Shown here piece by piece: positions 1 through 11,804 of a stretch of 64,000 bases of DNA. The translations under genes and the position numbers were made by a program. Below the pieces are notes generated by a model, which saw only the letters and a program-made list of their open reading frames with translations, had not been told where the DNA came from and did not search any database. Source of the stretch: Aulosira sp. ZfuVER01 (GTDB lineage Bacteria > Cyanobacteriota > Cyanobacteriia > Cyanobacteriales > Nostocaceae); NCBI GenBank assembly GCA_034530615.2, contig JAVRCV020000015.1, positions 128,001 to 192,000 on the forward strand. Direction: 5' to 3'. How positions within the stretch are numbered: the stretch's first letter is position 1; each line of letters starts with the position of its first letter.

Positions 1-40
1 TTTGCGGTTTTTACGGCAATTTTAGGAGAGGGCAGAAGGT

Positions 41-140
41 GAGCTACTGCGGTGGACGGGTTCCCCGGCATAAAGGAGGCAGTGCGTTGGGCGGCTTTGC
101 CGACTTGAAGCAACTGCCGTCAAGTGGCGAACCCGAAGGG
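41..140. repeat. Nested small dispersed palindromic repeats (SDR-like)
   Basis: 45-nt hairpin unit at 76-120 interrupts a related unit (gagctactgcggtggacgggttccccggcataaag|caagtggcg); near-copy of the inner unit at 35624-35668. Confidence 0.7.
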
Positions 141-356
141 CAGAAGGCAGAGGGCAGAAAGAGAAGGAACCCACATTTAAAAATCTTGTCATTACAAACC
201 CCTTTGGGGTAAGGAACAGGCAAGAGGGAACAGAGAAGAGTTATCGAAGACTTTAGTTGTATACAATTCTTCTTTTTTCACTGTTGCTCTAAACCAGAAA
301 AGACAGTTTTCATTTCTTCTGCCTCCTGCCTCCTGCCCTCTGCCTTTCTTAATAAT

Positions 357-1802
357 TTATGACAAACAGCGATCGCAATGTCCACAATGCCAGTTAGCAG
401 CTTCTTTGTCAAAACCAAAGGCGTTTAACAAAAACTGCCAGCGACACTGTTTGGCATGCAAATACTGATTCATCTGCTTGGCAGCTTGTAGTTGGGTTGG
501 AGGTTGCTTTTCCACTCCTTGCTTGATGATGTAATGGAAAGGGTCAAGCCAATTTAACTGACCGCCGCTGTGGAGTAAAGATAGGGCGATCGCACTTTCA
601 GGAAATTGTCGCGTTACGGCATTGACTTCTCCCTGTTTGGGCAGTTTTTTCACTAATTGCTGTGCTGTTTGCTGTTGCGATCGCATTTGTTCTTCAAAAA
701 ACTGCTGTCTTTGCTTATCTCCTGAATCTAACCAGCCTGTGGGTTCACTTACCAAGGTTAGTGCTTCGGCGGGTTTACCATCTCTGCCGGCGCGGCCAAT
801 TTCTTGCACATATTCTGAAAGCAGCAGCGGTGCATGAAAATGTATTACCCAACGCACATCAGGCTTATTTATCCCCATGCCAAATGCACAGGTACAAACC
901 ACAAATGGTATCTTCCCACTTAACCAGCTAGCTTCGACAGCACGGCGTTCTTCGGCACTCAGTCCGGCATGATAACTAGCTGTGGCATAACCCATCTCTG
1001 CTAAAGTTACTGCTAATTTCTCACTATCTCGTCTGGTACGCACATAAACTAATCCCGCTTGTTGGGGTCGCTTTTGAATAAATTTGACTAATTTTTGCTT
1101 TCTACCCCTTGGAGTCCAAGCTATGCAGACGTTAAGATGCAGATTAGGACGGTAGGGATTGAGGCGATAAATATCTGGTTTTTGTAATTGTAAAACTGTA
1201 GAAATTATTTTTTGAGCTAAAGGGTCAGCCGTTGCTGTAAAGGCTGCAAGACTAATTTTTGTTCCTGGTGGTTTTGATTTGAGTAATGCCGACCGCACTG
1301 CTCCTAATCTGCGATAAGCTGGGCGAAATGTTTCACCCCACTGCACTAAACAATGGGCTTCATCTAAAATGATGCCGTTAATCTGCAATTGCGGTTGACA
1401 CAACCTTTCCCAAACTGGAGTACTTAGTAAAGTTTCTGGTGATAAATATAATAATCTCAGTTTTTGTCGTTCCAATGCTTGCAAAGTTAGACGACGTTGG
1501 GATGAAGGTAATTCGCTATGTAACAATGCTGCACTCAGGTTTAATTGACGTAATTCCTGAACTTGGTTTTCCATCAATGCTACAAGGGGGGAAACTACCA
1601 AAGTTAATCCTGTTTGTAGAAGTGCAGGAAGTTGAAAACAAATTGACTTACCCCCACCTGTTGGCATAATAATTAGTGCATCTTTTTGTGCCAATAAACT
1701 ACTGACAATTTCTCCCTGTGGCGGACGAAAATCGTCGTAACCCCAAATTTTTTTAAAGGTAGCAAGGACTGATTCCCAAGATGTGCTTCCTGCTTGATTC
1801 AT
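357..1802 (-). CDS. recQ: RecQ-family ATP-dependent DNA helicase
   Basis: MPTGGGKS Walker A, DEAH box, QEIGRAGRDG motif VI, C-terminal CRW...CGHCDRC Zn-binding motif. Confidence 0.92.
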   Translation of the reverse strand: MNQAGSTSWESVLATFKKIWGYDDFRPPQGEIVSSLLAQKDALIIMPTGGGKSICFQLPALLQTGLTLVVSPLVALMENQVQELRQLNLSAALLHSELPSSQRRLTLQALERQKLRLLYLSPETLLSTPVWERLCQPQLQINGIILDEAHCLVQWGETFRPAYRRLGAVRSALLKSKPPGTKISLAAFTATADPLAQKIISTVLQLQKPDIYRLNPYRPNLHLNVCIAWTPRGRKQKLVKFIQKRPQQAGLVYVRTRRDSEKLAVTLAEMGYATASYHAGLSAEERRAVEASWLSGKIPFVVCTCAFGMGINKPDVRWVIHFHAPLLLSEYVQEIGRAGRDGKPAEALTLVSEPTGWLDSGDKQRQQFFEEQMRSQQQTAQQLVKKLPKQGEVNAVTRQFPESAIALSLLHSGGQLNWLDPFHYIIKQGVEKQPPTQLQAAKQMNQYLHAKQCRWQFLLNAFGFDKEAANWHCGHCDRCLS

Positions 1803-2171
1803 AATTAATAATAGATGTAACCCTATCTCTGCTGAATATAGCCTCTTTCATTCAGGTAACGTTTCAGTAATTTCATCATCTTCGGAAACATGAGATTGCT
1901 GGAAGATTGGATATTGGATTCCTCTCTATAGCAATCCGATTGTGAACTCTTGAACAATAATTGATTCTGATTCCTATATTCTGGCTGCTGAATTCTTCTT
2001 CAATCATTAAATAAAATTAAGTGTATAAGTTAAGTGTGCTTTCTAAATAAGAATTGGGAATTATAAGTTTTGGTCTGTTTGTGACTAAAATTTTAATATT
2101 AAAAAACTCAGAATTTCTTTATTTTTAGCTAATAAAATTGACAAGAAGGCTGACGATAAATTTTAAAATTT

Positions 2172-3899
2172 ATGAGTACACTCATCAGTGGTGTTTATGA
2201 TTTTCGTTTATTAATTCTTTCAGTAGCGATCGCACTTCTTGCTGCTTACACTGCTTTGGATCTAGCTGGACAAGTGCGTACATCTTTGGGGTATGCGCGG
2301 ATTGGCTGGTTGATTGGTGGTGCAATCGCAATGGGAACTGGTATTTGGTCAATGCATTTTGTGGGAATGCTGGCTTTTTGTTTACCAATTCCTGTGAAAT
2401 ATGATGTTTACACTGTGCTGATATCGATACTGGCTGCAATCTTGGCCTCAGGATGTGCCTTATTTGTGGTCAGTCGGGAAGTGATGAGTATCCCCAATTT
2501 GCTTGGCGGTAGTCTGTTGATGGGGCTGGGTATTACTACTATGCATTACACTGGCATGGCAGCAATGCACTTGAGTGCTAGTATCCATTACAACTATCTA
2601 TTAGTCGGAATTTCAGTTGCGATCGCTTTTATCGTTTCATTAGTGGCTTTGTGGCTGGCATTTCATTTACCCGATCGCAGCACCAGTGCCCATAGAAAGC
2701 AGAAAATAATTAGTGCGATCGTTATGGGTGCAGCCATCCCCATTGTGCATTACACAGGCATGGCAGCTACTAGCTTTCATGTCACAGCAGTAGCAGATAT
2801 ATCATCAGTCATGACCTTTGACTCTTCTGTCCTATCCACTACTATCGGTATTGTCACCTTTGCAATTTTAGGATTAGCATTGCTAATCTCTTTAGAGACA
2901 ACTGCAATGGAGAGAACGGTAGCCTTAGCCAATCTCGAACGTGAAATTGCCCAACGTCAGCAGGTAGAAAAGCTTCTACAAATTGAACAAGCGCGGAAAC
3001 TGGAACAGGCTTTACAAGAATTGCAGCAAACTCAAGCGAAATTAGTCCATACAGAAAAAATCTCTTCCCTAGGACAACTAGTTGCAGGTGTTGCTCATGA
3101 AGTTAATAATCCTGTAAGTTTTATCTCTGGTAACTTGTCTCATGCTCATCAGTATGTTCAAGATTTAATCGGGTTACTCAATCTCTACCGCCTAAAGTTT
3201 TCCAATCCTGGTATAGAAATTGAAAAGCAAATAAAAACTATTGAGTTGGAATATTTGCTTGAAGATTTACCTAAAATGATTTCCTCGATGAAACTTGGTA
3301 CTGACCGCATTAAAGAGATTATGGAATCTTTGCGGAGTTTTTCACGAGTAGACGGAACTGATAAAAAGACTGCTGATATTCATCAGGGAATTAACACCAC
3401 CCTCATGATTTTGCAGCATCGTCTCAAAGCGCAACCAAATCGTCCGGCTATTCAAGTTGTGAAGCACTATGGTAATTTGCCTCAGCTTGAATGCTATGTC
3501 GGACAACTCAACCAAGTTTTTATGAATTTAATAGCCAATGCAATTGATGCTTTAGAAGAGTCTAACAGTGACAAGAGTTTCGCCGATATACTTGAGCATC
3601 CCAATGTGATTACCATTAGTACCAGTAAAGATGATGGTTATGTAACGATCTCAATTGCTGACAATGGGACTGGAATGCCAGAAGAAGTGCGTAGACGCTT
3701 ATTTGACCCATTCTTCACAACCAAGGTAGAGGGGAAAGGTACAGGCTTGGGATTGGCTATCAGTTATCAAATTATCACAGATATCCACGGTGGTAGTTTG
3801 CAGTGTGTCTCTCCTCTAGGAAAAGGTACAGAGTTTATTATTCAAATTCCTACACTGACAACAGTTTCCCACAGTTCACGCTCTGCACTCTATGTTTGA
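2172..3899 (+). CDS. MHYT-domain sensor histidine kinase
   Basis: MHFVGM/MHYTGM/VHYTGM transmembrane repeats; AHEVNNP H-box; NAIDA, DNGTG, GTGLGL ATPase boxes. Confidence 0.92.
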   Translation: MSTLISGVYDFRLLILSVAIALLAAYTALDLAGQVRTSLGYARIGWLIGGAIAMGTGIWSMHFVGMLAFCLPIPVKYDVYTVLISILAAILASGCALFVVSREVMSIPNLLGGSLLMGLGITTMHYTGMAAMHLSASIHYNYLLVGISVAIAFIVSLVALWLAFHLPDRSTSAHRKQKIISAIVMGAAIPIVHYTGMAATSFHVTAVADISSVMTFDSSVLSTTIGIVTFAILGLALLISLETTAMERTVALANLEREIAQRQQVEKLLQIEQARKLEQALQELQQTQAKLVHTEKISSLGQLVAGVAHEVNNPVSFISGNLSHAHQYVQDLIGLLNLYRLKFSNPGIEIEKQIKTIELEYLLEDLPKMISSMKLGTDRIKEIMESLRSFSRVDGTDKKTADIHQGINTTLMILQHRLKAQPNRPAIQVVKHYGNLPQLECYVGQLNQVFMNLIANAIDALEESNSDKSFADILEHPNVITISTSKDDGYVTISIADNGTGMPEEVRRRLFDPFFTTKVEGKGTGLGLAISYQIITDIHGGSLQCVSPLGKGTEFIIQIPTLTTVSHSSRSALYV

Positions 3900-3913
3900 T
3901 GACTCATAAAAAT

Positions 3914-3954
3914 AACCCTTGCAATTCTCCTCAAGTAGAAAATTGGCAAGGGTT
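3914..3954. terminator. Putative bidirectional terminator between convergent kinase and leuA
   Basis: Inverted repeat aacccttgc...gcaagggtt between two converging stop codons. Confidence 0.55.
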
Positions 3955-3970
3955 GCAAGCCAAGATGGAT

Positions 3971-5575
3971 TTACACTTTCTGCGGAGTTCCTTGCTCTGC
4001 CTTTTCTTTCGATTGCAAAGATGCGTACAATCGATTCAGTGCATTAACGTAGGCTTGAGCAGACGCAACGATGATATCTGTGTTGGCTGCATGTCCAGAA
4101 AAGATGCGCGATTCATGCCGTAACCGGATAGTTACTTCCCCGATTGCATCAATACCTGCTGTTACTGATTGTACAGAAAATTCAATTAGCTGGTTGGGTA
4201 CGTTTACTACCCGATTGATTGCTTTGTAAACCGCATCTACAGGCCCAGTACCAATTGCCGCATCCGTTAATTCTTCACCTTCTGGAGTGCGCAGGGTGAC
4301 TGTGGCGGTAGGTTTGGCATTACTACCACAAGAAACTTGCACCAACTCTACTTTAAACAAATCTGGTGCTTGCTGAATTTCATCATTAACAATCGCTTCC
4401 AAATCCCAATCAGAGATTTCTTTCTTTTTATCAGCGACTTCTTTGAATCTGAGAAATGCTTTATTTAATTCGGTTTCTGACAGTTCAAAACCCAATTCTT
4501 TCAAGCGGGTGCGGAAGGCATTTCTCCCGGAATGTTTGCCCAAAACTATTTGATTGTCTGTCAAGCCAATCAATTGAGCATCCATAATTTCATAGGTGAG
4601 CTTGTTTTTTAAGACACCATCTTGATGAATGCCAGATTCGTGAGCAAAGGCATTTGCACCGACAATTGCTTTATTTGGTTGCACTAGCATTCCTGTCAAA
4701 TTAGAAACCAGGCGTGAGGAGCGATAAATCTCTCTGGTGTCGATATTTGTCAGAGGTTGTTCTGAATCTACTGGGCGTCCTAAGAAGGGATTGAAATATT
4801 GTCGCCGGACGTGCAAAGCCATAACTAATTCTTCTAAGGCTGCATTTCCAGCTCGTTCGCCAATACCATTGATGGTGCATTCTAATTGTCTGGCACCATT
4901 CTTCACAGCTTCTAAGAAGTTAGCAACTGCTAAACCTAAGTCATTATGTCCGTGAACGGAAATAATTGCTTTATCAATATTTGGGACGTTTTCTTTTATC
5001 CCCTTAATTATTGCCCCAAATTCGCTGGGGGTTGTATATCCGACAGTGTCAGGAATATTAACTGTTGTTGCCCCAGATGCGATCGCTCGCTCTAATACTT
5101 GATACAAAAATTCGGGATCGGAGCGTCCGGCATCTTCGGGAGAAAATTCTACATCATCAGTGAAGGTTTTCGCATAAGCTACCATTTCTTCCGCGATCGC
5201 CAAAACTTCTGATTTGGTCTTTTTCAGCTTGTACTCCAGATGAATATTAGATGTGGCGATAAAAGTATGTATTCTGCCTTTAGCAGCCGGTTTAATCGCT
5301 GCTGCTGCTGCTTTGATATCATCATGCTTTGCTCTGGCCAAACTACAAATTACAGGGCCATTTTCTGTGCCGACAGTTTGGGCAATTTTGCTGACTGCTT
5401 CAAAGTCTCCAGGACTGGCAAAGGCAAATCCTGCCTCAATCACATCTACACCCAGACGCGCTAGTTGCTTGGCGATTACCAGCTTTTCGTCTATGTTTAG
5501 GGTCGCTCCCGGACATTGTTCTCCATCTCGCAATGTCGTATCAAAAATGATAATTCGTTCTGGTTGGCTGCTCAT
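3971..5575 (-). CDS. leuA: 2-isopropylmalate synthase
   Basis: [34 protein letters not shown] motifs; C-terminal regulatory domain (GTGPVDA). Confidence 0.96.
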   Translation of the reverse strand: MSSQPERIIIFDTTLRDGEQCPGATLNIDEKLVIAKQLARLGVDVIEAGFAFASPGDFEAVSKIAQTVGTENGPVICSLARAKHDDIKAAAAAIKPAAKGRIHTFIATSNIHLEYKLKKTKSEVLAIAEEMVAYAKTFTDDVEFSPEDAGRSDPEFLYQVLERAIASGATTVNIPDTVGYTTPSEFGAIIKGIKENVPNIDKAIISVHGHNDLGLAVANFLEAVKNGARQLECTINGIGERAGNAALEELVMALHVRRQYFNPFLGRPVDSEQPLTNIDTREIYRSSRLVSNLTGMLVQPNKAIVGANAFAHESGIHQDGVLKNKLTYEIMDAQLIGLTDNQIVLGKHSGRNAFRTRLKELGFELSETELNKAFLRFKEVADKKKEISDWDLEAIVNDEIQQAPDLFKVELVQVSCGSNAKPTATVTLRTPEGEELTDAAIGTGPVDAVYKAINRVVNVPNQLIEFSVQSVTAGIDAIGEVTIRLRHESRIFSGHAANTDIIVASAQAYVNALNRLYASLQSKEKAEQGTPQKV

Positions 5576-5670
5576 TTTCTCTTTGTTTAGTTTAGGGTGG
5601 ACTTTTCGCTATAACTACCTGAGATTTTAATTTTTTACTCTTTACATTTGTAAATAAATATTAACTATAA

Positions 5671-6192
5671 TTAGCCTTCAGTTTTTTCTATTCTGTCTCT
5701 AATATCATTCAAGTCTATATATCTATCAGTAGCATTACGTAATTCCCTAGCAATCATTCCCTCTGTCGAAACTACTGTAATATGTGTATTTTTTGAGCGT
5801 AATAATTCAATTGCCCTTTCAAAATCTCCGTCACCACTGAATAAAACTACTCTATCGTATTGATCTACTGTATTGAACATATCTACAACAATTTCAATAT
5901 CTAAATTAGCTTTTTGCGAGTACCTCCCGGATGAATCATCATAATATTCTTTGAGAATTTTCGTTCGGACTGTATATCCTAAACTAATTAGAGCATCTCT
6001 GAAACCTCGTTGATCCTGTGGGTCTTTTAAGCCTGTGTACCAAAATGCATTAATTAATGTTGTTTCTGCTTGTTCGTTTCTAAAGTATTCTAATACTCGT
6101 CGCGGGTCGAAGAACCAACCATTTTTTTGTTGAGCATAGAACATATTGTTTCCGTCTACAAAAATAGACAGACGATTCATTGGAGAACCCAT
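5671..6192 (-). CDS. labA: NYN-domain protein, LabA family
   Basis: IFVDGNNMFY, KANLDIEIVVD, LFSGDGDF NYN motifs typical of cyanobacterial LabA. Confidence 0.8.
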   Translation of the reverse strand: MGSPMNRLSIFVDGNNMFYAQQKNGWFFDPRRVLEYFRNEQAETTLINAFWYTGLKDPQDQRGFRDALISLGYTVRTKILKEYYDDSSGRYSQKANLDIEIVVDMFNTVDQYDRVVLFSGDGDFERAIELLRSKNTHITVVSTEGMIARELRNATDRYIDLNDIRDRIEKTEG

Positions 6193-6513
6193 AGAAAATT
6201 ACACCTAATAATAGAAAAGAATTTTAGATTGAACAATAGATTATAGCAATTATCAAACGCTCTATTTGCTAATATCTATAAAGTATAACTTCATGTATAG
6301 CTTTTATCTTAACCTCTTTTAATTCATAAGAATGGGCGAAACATTGGAGCAGATCCTAAACGCTGAACCTTGTTGTTCCGAGACGCTGCAAGACTTACCC
6401 TACGATCAAAATCTACCAATAAAATTGACTTAGTAACAGCATGATTAACTGTATAACAGTCAAGTTTACTCCTAAAGAGGTATGGTAGAGGTTCCAAGGT
6501 AGAATGTAGGCTA

Positions 6514-6753
6514 ATGCCCATCTCTAGGTTTTGCCATCAACAACAGCACACACTTTTTGGAAAAGATTGGCGTTGCAGCAGTGACAGAAGTTGTTCAAGA
6601 GAAACTTCTGGTAAATCCTCTGTTAGGGCTATAGCTGTTGAGTTGGGTAGATCCTCACCTCAACCAAGTCCGCAAACAAAGTATCTCTGGGTTAAGCCTG
6701 TGGAAGCATCACAGATTGCACCTCTTAAGAGAGAATTAGGTCGGCAGTGTTGA
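6514..6753 (+). CDS. Possible small hypothetical protein
   Basis: 79-aa ATG-initiated ORF upstream of and co-oriented with the kinase; no recognisable motif. Confidence 0.25.
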   Translation: MPISRFCHQQQHTLFGKDWRCSSDRSCSRETSGKSSVRAIAVELGRSSPQPSPQTKYLWVKPVEASQIAPLKRELGRQC

Positions 6754-6921
6754 GATGAGGAGACTCCTGCACAAACACAATCCCAATGCAAATTTGTTGA
6801 AGAATAATGGATAATTTACAAATGTATAAGTTTTTCATTTAACTCTTATTTCAATGTGGTTGCACTAAAACAGGGTCTGAATAAATAAAAGTGTTGTACC
6901 TAAATCAATCAATAACACGAT

Positions 6922-9255
6922 ATGGCAGAAGAACCTACATCTAGCCTAACTAAAAAATATGTCTCTGCTACCAATAGACAGTTAGGCAAACCGACAAAAG
7001 CAACTTCAACCACATCAACCTACCATTCCAAGCTGATGACTTGGTTTGGTCATCTGCTAACTGGTGCTTCAGCAATCGGGGCAGCACTGCTGAGTACTTC
7101 GGGGATGGGTATGGTGCAATTGCTGGAAAGTCAGGCGCTTTCCACTTTTTTTCAACTGCGCGGGCCGATTGTACCTCCAGAAAACATCGTGATTTTGGCA
7201 ATTGACAATCAATCCGTATCAGTCCCTGAACAGTACTATAAAACAGATCCACAACAGTATGCTTACCTGGAACCACTGAAATCTTTTCCATTTCAACGTG
7301 CTGCATACGCTCAAGTAATCAGAAAATTGATGCAGGCTGGGGCCAAGTCTGTGGCAGTTGATGTGGTTTTTGATACGCCTAGCAGTTATGGTGCCGCCGA
7401 CGATCGCCGACTCCAAGAAGTCTTGCAAAAATATGGCAGTAAAGTTACCTTAGCAGCGCTATATGAAAATTCTGAGTCACATCAAGGAACTTGGAATCAA
7501 CTGACGCAACCTCAGTCGATGTTTCGCATAGGGGCTGTATCTATCGGCACAGTTAATTTCCCTTTGGAAGTAGATGGGAAGATTCATCGATTAGCCAGTG
7601 AGTTTAATAAGACATTAGATCAACAAGATGTCTTAATAGACAAAGTGCCTTCCTTTGACGAAGCAGCGCTAAGGGCAGCCAAAATTAAATATTCTCGACC
7701 AAAAGGCGATCGCATTTATTTTTGGGGGCCTGCTGGGACATTTGAGCCAGTTCCCTTCTGGTACGTACTCGATCCGCAAAACTGGAAAAACTATTTGCAG
7801 CAGGGAAAGTTTTTCAAGAATAAAATCGTCGTGATTGGAGCTACAGCACAGTTAGGCAATGATTATCATCGAGTAGTGGCTGGCAACAATTGGCTGTATC
7901 CTGAACGCATGTCAGGGGTAGAAATTCATTCCAATGCGATCGCAACTTTGATGAAAAATAAAGCGATCGCGTCAGGAATTGGCAGTCCACCCATGCAAGG
8001 TTTATTTGTGCTAGCCATAGTTGGAGGTGCAATCTTCCTCTGTACTAGAAGCAAGCGAGGCATAAATCGATTGATCAACAGCATTTTCCTAGCCACAATT
8101 TGGGGAGGAATTAGCTATGTATTATTTGTACATCAGCAATTAATTTTCCCCACAACCATACCAATAGTAGCGATCGTCTGGAGTGGATTAACCTACCTAG
8201 GAACTGAAATAGCTAGAGAAAGTATTAAAAAACGCCAGTTAGTAGATATATTTCAGAAATATAAATCTTCTCCAGTTGTCCAAGAAATTATCAGCCAGCA
8301 AGATGACTTGCAAGATTTACTTCAGCAACGAGATTTAGCCGTAGCTGGGAAAATACTTGGTGGACGCTACAAAATTGTCAAAGTTCTCGGTTCTGGTGGA
8401 TTCAGCGAAACTTACATTGCTGAAGATATCCAACGTCCAGGAAACCCCCGATGTGTAGTTAAACAGCTAAAACCAGCCAACATCACATCAACAGGATTAC
8501 AACTTGCCAGACGTTTATTTAACTCCGAGGCAGAAACTTTAGAAAGATTGGGAAAACACCAGCAAATTCCTCAATTATTGGCTTATTTTGAACAAGATGC
8601 TGAATTTTATTTAGTTCAAGAATATATAATTGGACATCCTCTCAGTCAGGAATTACCCTCAGGTCAACCCCTGCTAGAAACCACAGTTATCGAGATTTTA
8701 CGAGATTTATTGCAAACATTGGCATTTGTGCATCAAAACAGTGTGATTCACCGTGATATTAAACCCAGCAATATTATCCGGCGACATGGAGACTGGAAAC
8801 TGGTATTGATAGACTTTGGTGCTGTCAAAGAAGTCGCTGCACCGCAAATGGAAAATCAAGAACAGACCCCCTTCACCATTGGTATTGGGACTAAGGGTTA
8901 TGCACCCAACGAGCAATGTTTTGGACGTCCCCAATACAGTAGTGACATCTATGCAGTTGGAATGATTGGAATCAAAGCTTTGAGTGGGATTGCACCCCAC
9001 GAGTTCGATAGAGATGCTGAAGGAGAGTTGCAGTGGAGAGATAAAGTCACGGTCAGCCAACCCTTGGCAGAGATTCTCAGTAAAATGGTTTTGGAAGACT
9101 ACAAGCAGCGCTATCAATCTGCAACAGAGGCTTTAGAGGCGTTTTCTCAGTTGGCAAGTTATTCCAATAAAAACTCTGTAAACGAAAACAACTTATCAAT
9201 CAAAACTGCACCTTCCGACGATCCAGATGCTCCTACCACACCTTGGAATGGATGA
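6922..9255 (+). CDS. CHASE2-domain Ser/Thr protein kinase
   Basis: CHASE2 (IVILAID, VDVVF, GVEIHSNAI), three TM helices, kinase motifs LGSGGFS, HRDIKPSN, DFG. Confidence 0.93.
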   Translation: MAEEPTSSLTKKYVSATNRQLGKPTKATSTTSTYHSKLMTWFGHLLTGASAIGAALLSTSGMGMVQLLESQALSTFFQLRGPIVPPENIVILAIDNQSVSVPEQYYKTDPQQYAYLEPLKSFPFQRAAYAQVIRKLMQAGAKSVAVDVVFDTPSSYGAADDRRLQEVLQKYGSKVTLAALYENSESHQGTWNQLTQPQSMFRIGAVSIGTVNFPLEVDGKIHRLASEFNKTLDQQDVLIDKVPSFDEAALRAAKIKYSRPKGDRIYFWGPAGTFEPVPFWYVLDPQNWKNYLQQGKFFKNKIVVIGATAQLGNDYHRVVAGNNWLYPERMSGVEIHSNAIATLMKNKAIASGIGSPPMQGLFVLAIVGGAIFLCTRSKRGINRLINSIFLATIWGGISYVLFVHQQLIFPTTIPIVAIVWSGLTYLGTEIARESIKKRQLVDIFQKYKSSPVVQEIISQQDDLQDLLQQRDLAVAGKILGGRYKIVKVLGSGGFSETYIAEDIQRPGNPRCVVKQLKPANITSTGLQLARRLFNSEAETLERLGKHQQIPQLLAYFEQDAEFYLVQEYIIGHPLSQELPSGQPLLETTVIEILRDLLQTLAFVHQNSVIHRDIKPSNIIRRHGDWKLVLIDFGAVKEVAAPQMENQEQTPFTIGIGTKGYAPNEQCFGRPQYSSDIYAVGMIGIKALSGIAPHEFDRDAEGELQWRDKVTVSQPLAEILSKMVLEDYKQRYQSATEALEAFSQLASYSNKNSVNENNLSIKTAPSDDPDAPTTPWNG

Positions 9256-9598
9256 TCTTCACAAACTTTTGATCGGTGAGATGCATTGATGACTGTATCT
9301 AAGTTTTTTGGTAACTTCAGCTATCTTTACCCCTGAAAGTCAGCAATAATTAGATGTATGCCTATGTAGATTCAAAAATCTTAACATTTTTGGACTGATA
9401 ACCCTGCCTTCCTATCTCTGGTAGGGTTAATTTTTCACATTTTATTGCTAATAAAGAGCTAAATTTCAGTAATGAAAGCACTTAAATCTCGACATGATTT
9501 TTATTGCGATCGCATTCACAAAGAGTACTAACTATCAACGCCATCTGTTAAACTTCAGTACTCACAGAGCTTTCAAGGGGTAGGGAGCCAGCACGTGT

Positions 9599-11725
9599 AT
9601 GTCAGAATTATGGAATCTTTTTTTTACTTCCGGGCCTTTTATTCCGCATGGGCACTGCTATCTGTGGAAAACTGATTTAGTATGGCTGCACATCTTATCT
9701 GACGCAATTATTGCACTAGCTTATTACTCTATTCCAGCAACACTTTTCTACTTCGTTAACAAGCGACAGGATCTACCCTTCCATTGGATATTTCTACTTT
9801 TTAGTGGATTTATCGTCGCTTGTGGTACTACTCACTTGATGGAAATTTGGACGCTTTGGCATCCAACCTATTGGCTGTCAGGCTCCATTAAAGCTGTAAC
9901 TGCAACCATATCTTTATTTACAGCAGTACAACTTGTACCTTTAGTTCCGCAAGCCTTAGCACTCCCTAGCCCTGCTCAATTAGAACAAGCAAACCAACAA
10001 CTGCAGACACAAATAGCCGAAAGGTTAAAAATAGAAGCGGAATTAAGAAAATACCAAAATCATTTAGAAGAGTTGGTTACTATTCGCACTAATGAAATCT
10101 CTAAAGCCAACGAACAATTACAGCAAGAAATCGCTGAACGCCAGCGCATTTTAGAAGTTTTACGACAAAGTGAAGAACGCTATCGTTATTTAGCTGAGGC
10201 AATTCCTCAACTTGTCTGGACAACAGATACTAACGGTGAAGCTAATTATTTCAATCAGAATTGGTGCAATTACACTGGCCTAACCTTAGAGCAATCATTA
10301 GGTTCTGGTTGGATGGTGGTATTACATCCAGAGGATGTAGAAATTACTTATGAAGCATGGTCAAATGCTGTCAAAAATAGCACTTTATATGAAACTGAAT
10401 ACCGCTTTAAACGGGCGGTTGATGGTTCTTATCGCTGGCAGCTAGCACGAGGCTTACCCCTGAAAGATGAGCAAGGTCATGTAGTGAAGTGGTTTGGTAC
10501 TTGTACTGATATTCACGAGCAAAAGGAGATACAACAAGAACGCGCCCACTTACTAGAATTAGAACAAGCCGCAAGAGCGAAAGCAGAAACCGCCAATCGA
10601 ATTAAAGATGAATTTTTAGCCATACTTTCCCACGAACTACGTACCCCCATGAATGCAATTCTTGGCTGGTCAAGATTGTTGCAAAATGGCGAATTAGAAC
10701 CAGAAAAGACATCTCAAGCCCTAGCAACAATAGAACGCAATGCCAAGTTACAGGTGCAACTGATTGAGGACTTGCTGGATATCTCCAGCATTTTACAAGG
10801 TAAACTGACTTTAAATGTGACAAATGTTCACTTAGAATCTATTGTTTTGTCTGCACTGGAAACAATGGCATTGGCTGCACAAACCAAGTCAATTCATGTG
10901 AGTACAGTATTTGAATCGCATCTAGGGACAATTTTGGGTGATTCTACTCGCTTGCAACAAGTCGTTTGGAATCTCTTGTCTAACGCTGTTAAATTTACTC
11001 CCAAAGGAGGAAAGGTAAAAGTGCAATTGAGCAAGGCTGATGGCTATGCTCAAATCATAGTTAGCGATACAGGTAAAGGAATTAGTGCTGAGTTTTTGCC
11101 TTATGCATTTGATTACTTCCGTCAAGCAGACAGCAGTTCTACAAGAAAATTTGGCGGGTTGGGTTTAGGATTGGCAATTGTCCGTAATATTATCGAAATG
11201 CATGGCGGTACAGTCACCGCAGCTAGCCCTGGTGAAGAGCAAGGGGCAACTTTCACGGTCAAATTACCGCTTCAACAAGACAAAAGTCAAGATTTGTTCA
11301 ACGAACAAAATCACTCCTCTTCCTTAACACCTAGTTCTTTTTCCCTGGCTGGCGTGCAAATTTTGGTTGTTGATGATGATGTAGATTCGTTAGAATTTGT
11401 TGCTTTTGTATTAGAGCAAGATGGGGCGAATGTTATTGCAGCATCTTCAGCATTAGAAGCATTACAAGTTATAGAACAGCAAAAGCCAGATGTGTTAGTC
11501 AGCGATATTGGTATGCCCGATATGGATGGCTATACCCTGATGCGTCAAGTCAGAGCCTGGAGTGCAGAACAAGGAGGAAAAATTCCGGCGATCGCTCTGA
11601 CTGCCTTTGCGAGACAATACGATCGGCAGCAAGCGCTGCAAGCTGGCTTTCAGATGCATTTAGCCAAACCTGTGAATCCAGAAGAATTAGTTGCAGCTAT
11701 TGTTAAACTGGCTGAAGTACTATAA
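9599..11725 (+). CDS. Hybrid histidine kinase with ethylene-receptor-like N-terminal domain, PAS, HisKA, HATPase and REC
   Basis: SDAIIALAYYSIP...FIVACGTTH (ETR1-type ethylene-binding domain); SHELRTP H-box; DIGMPDMDG receiver. Confidence 0.9.
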   Translation: MSELWNLFFTSGPFIPHGHCYLWKTDLVWLHILSDAIIALAYYSIPATLFYFVNKRQDLPFHWIFLLFSGFIVACGTTHLMEIWTLWHPTYWLSGSIKAVTATISLFTAVQLVPLVPQALALPSPAQLEQANQQLQTQIAERLKIEAELRKYQNHLEELVTIRTNEISKANEQLQQEIAERQRILEVLRQSEERYRYLAEAIPQLVWTTDTNGEANYFNQNWCNYTGLTLEQSLGSGWMVVLHPEDVEITYEAWSNAVKNSTLYETEYRFKRAVDGSYRWQLARGLPLKDEQGHVVKWFGTCTDIHEQKEIQQERAHLLELEQAARAKAETANRIKDEFLAILSHELRTPMNAILGWSRLLQNGELEPEKTSQALATIERNAKLQVQLIEDLLDISSILQGKLTLNVTNVHLESIVLSALETMALAAQTKSIHVSTVFESHLGTILGDSTRLQQVVWNLLSNAVKFTPKGGKVKVQLSKADGYAQIIVSDTGKGISAEFLPYAFDYFRQADSSSTRKFGGLGLGLAIVRNIIEMHGGTVTAASPGEEQGATFTVKLPLQQDKSQDLFNEQNHSSSLTPSSFSLAGVQILVVDDDVDSLEFVAFVLEQDGANVIAASSALEALQVIEQQKPDVLVSDIGMPDMDGYTLMRQVRAWSAEQGGKIPAIALTAFARQYDRQQALQAGFQMHLAKPVNPEELVAAIVKLAEVL

Positions 11726-11804
11726 GAATGTTGTCAATATTAATAATTTTTGGCTGAAGTTTTGAAAATCTATTAATAAAACTAGGCGATCGCTCCATAT
11801 TTAA

